A stretch of DNA of 34,287 nucleotides from Toensbergia leucococca (taxonomy: Eukaryota), in assembly GCA_022813965.1 (NCBI GenBank), contig JALDZS010000231.1, forward strand, positions 1-34,287, read 5' to 3'. The notes under the pieces were generated by a model. The model made no database searches, was not told the DNA's origin, and was given only the letters and a program-made list of their open reading frames with translations. A program made the translations under genes and the position numbers. This document shows positions 30,200 through 34,287 of this stretch, piece by piece; within the stretch, counting starts at the first letter, position 1; each line of letters begins with the position of its first letter.

Positions 30200-32784
30200 A
30201 TGCTGTCAAGCGGTGTGGCAAGGGCTCAGAAAAATGTTTTACTCTCATTATGGCCTCTTTCCATTGCTCCTCGACCAATATGTTTGAAAGCGCTCAGATG
30301 TGCCTCCACCATTCCCCTACAACCACTACAAGTACAACGACTGCCTCTGGACCGACGATGGCAAGCCCGACGCTCACAATCAGGAGTAGCTGCAGCAGTG
30401 TACGTTTCCAAGTCTGTACATTGACACGGAAGCTGACAGGGACAGGTTGGAGCAAGCTGCGGAGCCAGAAAATCTAGCCCAAGAGACCATCATCGATAAT
30501 CTTGATCCTCGAGAAGCAGCTCGGCTATCACGAGTCCGGAACATTGGCATAGCTGTAGGCTGGATAACTATAATCATCCGTATACGGTTTACCTTCACTT
30601 ATACTCTTAGGCTCATATTGACAGCGGCAAAACCACCGCCACTGAGCGCGTTCTCTACTACACCGGACGTATAAAGTCAATACATGAAGTTAGAGGCAAA
30701 GATGCTGTGGGGGCAAAGATGGACTCGATGGACCTTGAGAGAGAAAAGGGCATCACGATTCAGTCCGCTGCCACGTTCTGTGACTGGGTCAAGGTCGAAA
30801 ATAAAAAAGAAGAGAAATACCACATCAATCTGATTGACACCCCCGGCCATATCGATTTCACCATTGAAGTTGAACGAGCTTTGCGCGTTCTTGATGGAGC
30901 AGTCATGATTTTATGCGCTGTATCTGGCGTACAATCACAAACTATAACCGTAGACAGGCAAATGAGGAGATACAACGTGCCGCGATTGTCCTTTGTGAAC
31001 AAAATGGATCGGATGGGTGCCAACCCTTTTAAAGCTATCGATCAGATTAATCAGAAGCTCAAGATTCATGCCGCAGCTGTCCAGATACCAATTGGTATGG
31101 AAGATAGCTTCAAAGGGGTGGTAGACCTGATAAGGATGAAGGCCATCTACAACGAAGGCTTGAAGGGAGAGACTGTTGTGGAATCCGACGAGATTCCTAC
31201 AGGCGTCCGACAGCTTGCCGAAGAGAGGAGAAGGAAATTAATCGAGACTGTGGCGGATGTAGACGACGAGATTGCAGAGATGTTTCTCGAAGAACAAAGT
31301 CCCACGATTGAGCAACTCAAGGCCGCTATTCGACGCGCCACAATCTCTCTAAAATTCACACCGGTCTTTATGGGTTCAGCACTTGCGGACAAGTCTGTGC
31401 AGCCCATGATTGATGGTGTTTGTGACTATCTGCCTAATCCCTCCGAGGTCGAGAATCTCGCTCTTGACCAACGACGAAAAGAAGCACCTGTAAAGCTCGT
31501 TCCTTACAACTCCTTACCCTTTGTTGGTCTTGCCTTCAAGCTGGAAGAAAGCAACTTCGGCCAGCTCACATACATCCGTGTGTACCAAGGTTCACTGCGG
31601 AAAGGCACCTATGTATACAACGCCCGGACGAACAAGAAGGTCAAGGTCCCTCGAATTGTTCGAATGCACTCCAATGAAATGGAAGAAGTACCGGAGATTG
31701 GAGCAGGAGAGATCTGCGCTGTGTTTGGTATTGACTGCGCATCAGGCGATACGTTCACAGATGGCGCTCTAGGCTATTCCATGACCTCAATGTTCGTACC
31801 CGAGGCTGTCGTCTCTCTATCCATCAAACCAAAAGACCAAAAGGACTCGAACAATTTCTCCAAGGCCATGAATCGGTTCCAACGCGAAGATCCCACATTC
31901 AGAGTGCACGTTGATCTGGAGAGTTCCGAAACCATCATCTCCGGCATGGGCGAATTGCATCTAGATATCTACGTCGAACGTATGCGGCGCGAGTACAGGG
32001 TCGCCTGTGAGACTGGCCAGCCTCAAGTCGCCTACCGAGAAACACTAACCGAAAGGGTGGAATTTGACCACCTTCTCAAAAAGCAGACCGGTGGCTCCGG
32101 CGACTACGCCCGAGTCATAGGCTGGATGGAACCAACCGGCGCCGTCGACTCCAACGTCTTCGAAGAGCAAGTCAGCGGCGGCACCATCTCGGAGAAATTC
32201 CTCTACGCTTGCGACAAAGGTTTCCAAGCCTCGTGCGAAAAAGGCCCGCTGGTCGGTCACCGCGTCCTCGGCGTCAAAATGGTCATCAACGACGGCGCAA
32301 CGCACATGACGGACTCGTCGGAAATGGCCTTTAAAAACGCGACGCAGCATGCCTTTCGTAAGGCGTTTGCGCGGGCGGGACCGCAGGTGCTAGAACCATT
32401 GATGAAGACAACTATTACGGCGCCGAATGAGTTTCAGGGCAATATCGTCGGCTTGCTGAATAAGCGGAATGCGGTCATCAATGATACGGATATTGGTCCG
32501 GAGGATTTTGTCCTCTATGCCGATTGTAGTCTGAATAGCATGTTTGGGTTTTCGTCGCTGTTGAGGGCGGCGACGCAGGGCAAGGGGGAGTTTTCGATGG
32601 AGTTTAGTCATTATTCGCCTGCGCCGATGCAATTGCAGTGAGTTCTTTTTTCTGGATGTGTATTTGATGTGAATTTTTTTTCGTTGACGATGAGGATTTG
32701 TTTTGCTGACTTTTTTTTTTTTTTTCCAGAAAGGAACTTATTGCGAGGCACGAGAAGCAGCTTGCGGAGAGGAACAAGAGATAA
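30200..32784 (+). CDS. MEF1: Mitochondrial translation elongation factor G1
   Basis: Introns 30400-30445, 30555-30610 and 32638-32729. Motifs [40 protein letters not shown] and GMGELHL, plus an Arg/Ser/Leu-rich presequence. Stop TAA 32782-32784. Confidence 0.96.
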
Positions 32785-33129
32785 GCGAGCTCAACTCGCA
32801 CAGTAATGTCTGGCGAAGGGCATTTTCTATCAAATCAGATCCTACATCATTCATTTCGGAGCGGGTTCAAAGGGGAATTCATTAGACGGCATATTGCGTA
32901 GGCGCGCTGTAATTGCGTTGTTCGAGCAGGGAGACTGGGGGGGGGGCCAAGTTACGTTACAAACTCATTTCTGGCGTTTTTTTGTTTTTTTTTTTATGAT
33001 AGACTTTTTTTTTTTTTCGAGGCATAGATATCTGGGTGTGCTTAAGTATGTATCCCTAAGTCTATCAAATCCTTCCTACCTCCTTGCTACCTTTTGATTC
33101 CGTCAGCGCCCACCGATCTGTTGTCAGAC

Positions 33130-34287
33130 TCGTGCGGTTTTTTTATTGGTTGTGCAGTGTTGAAAACCACCACCCTCTCTTTTTTCGCTTTTGATTCTTT
33201 TCTTTTTTTTGTTTCATCACTCTCAGGCCCTCACTTTTAGTTATTCTGCGTCAGCTCTTCTCTTCAACTGATCTTTGTCATTCTTTCTCTTTTTTCTTGC
33301 TTTTTTTTTTTAATACTTTTCCTACCTGTGTTTTTTTGAATAGGGGTATTTTCTATTAAAGGAGGTGAAGGTAAAATGAGGGTGAGATGAGGTGAGATTT
33401 GTGGGTTTGATGAGAATTTAAATTGTTTGATTCTTGTGTTTTGAGAAGTTGAGAGGGGATGATGTTTACTTTTCTTTTTCTTTCTTTTCCTTCTTTCTTT
33501 TCTTATTAATCATCTGCCCTCTTTTCAACCCCCCCTCTTCCCTCTCTCTCTTTCCTTCAAAGACACAACAAAAGCATCACAAAACAACTTCAATACAAAA
33601 TCACAACACAAAGCTCTCATCATCACTCTTCATAAAATTAAACATACACACCTCATATAAGGGTCTCGAATGAGAGTCTGAATTCTGAGTGTAATTAGAA
33701 GATGAATTGCTATCTAGGTGTGAAGTCACTAGATATACTGTGGTGATGTCAAGTCACTTAGGGTTGCTGACTCACCTATCCTCACCTAATCACCTCAGCC
33801 CTAAGTACAAAAGAAACACTGTAACACCTCATCTCAATACAACCCCTTCTCTTTTCTTCACAAGCTCACTTCCCTTCACAGCATCTAACAAAAAAAAAGA
33901 AAAAGAAAAGACATGAGTCACATCCTCAAAAATCAAGACCAAAAACTAAATCATCTTACTCTTATAAAAGCAAAAAAAAGAAGTCTAGATCACATATATA
34001 ACATCCTCATTCAGTCAAGTCAAAAAAAAATTTTAATTACAAATTTTCACATGAAGCTAAAATATTCTCACATATCCCCGGGAAAAAAGACAGATTTTTT
34101 ATTCCTTCAAACAGGCCTTATTGCATATTCTTAAATTAAGATCTGTATATGAGCATGAGATATATATACACATAAACACACACAAACACACAAACAAACA
34201 AACCCCCCCCCTCACACCTTCATTTTCAAAAACGCCAGTTCATTTTCCTCAATCCGTTTTCTTTCCCTGAAGATCTTTTTGAATTTG
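33130..34287. other. AT-rich, low-complexity, CpG-poor non-coding region, possibly a decayed repeat
   Basis: T-rich to about 33550 and A/C-rich afterwards; very few CG dinucleotides after about 33260; no credible ORF. Confidence 0.55.

Noticed and set aside
1..34287. tRNA, rRNA, snoRNA or CRISPR arrays
   Set aside because: None recognisable by eye and no regularly spaced repeats; covariance-model searches were not possible.

Overview
Eukaryotic, intron-rich DNA from a filamentous ascomycete (Pezizomycotina-type GT...CTRAC...YAG introns of about 45-150 nt). Conserved genes: ERG26 and ERG28 head-to-head, a LYR-motif protein, ILV1 and RCF1 head-to-head, a KUP/HAK K+ transporter, mitoribosomal bL36m, an ATO/ADY2 acetate transporter, NMT1 and mitochondrial EF-G1. 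Accessory genes: a 5'-truncated S41 peptidase with a GPI-like tail, a PTH11-like membrane protein, an F-box-like protein and an MDR/enoyl-reductase-like oxidoreductase. Decayed material: a pogo/Fot1-like transposase relic, a trypsin-like protease pseudogene, a membrane-protein pseudogene, a ~530 bp foldback element and an AT-rich CpG-poor right end. The most unusual signals are recurrent C/A-rich to G/T-rich strand-skew flips inside genes, the foldback element with CpG-decay mismatches, the ERG26/ERG28 divergent pair with a possible stop-loss in ERG26, and a hairpin-forming in-frame intron in bL36m. I cannot support a complete novel multi-gene system. Family calls are from motif recognition, not database searches, and intron coordinates were read by eye.
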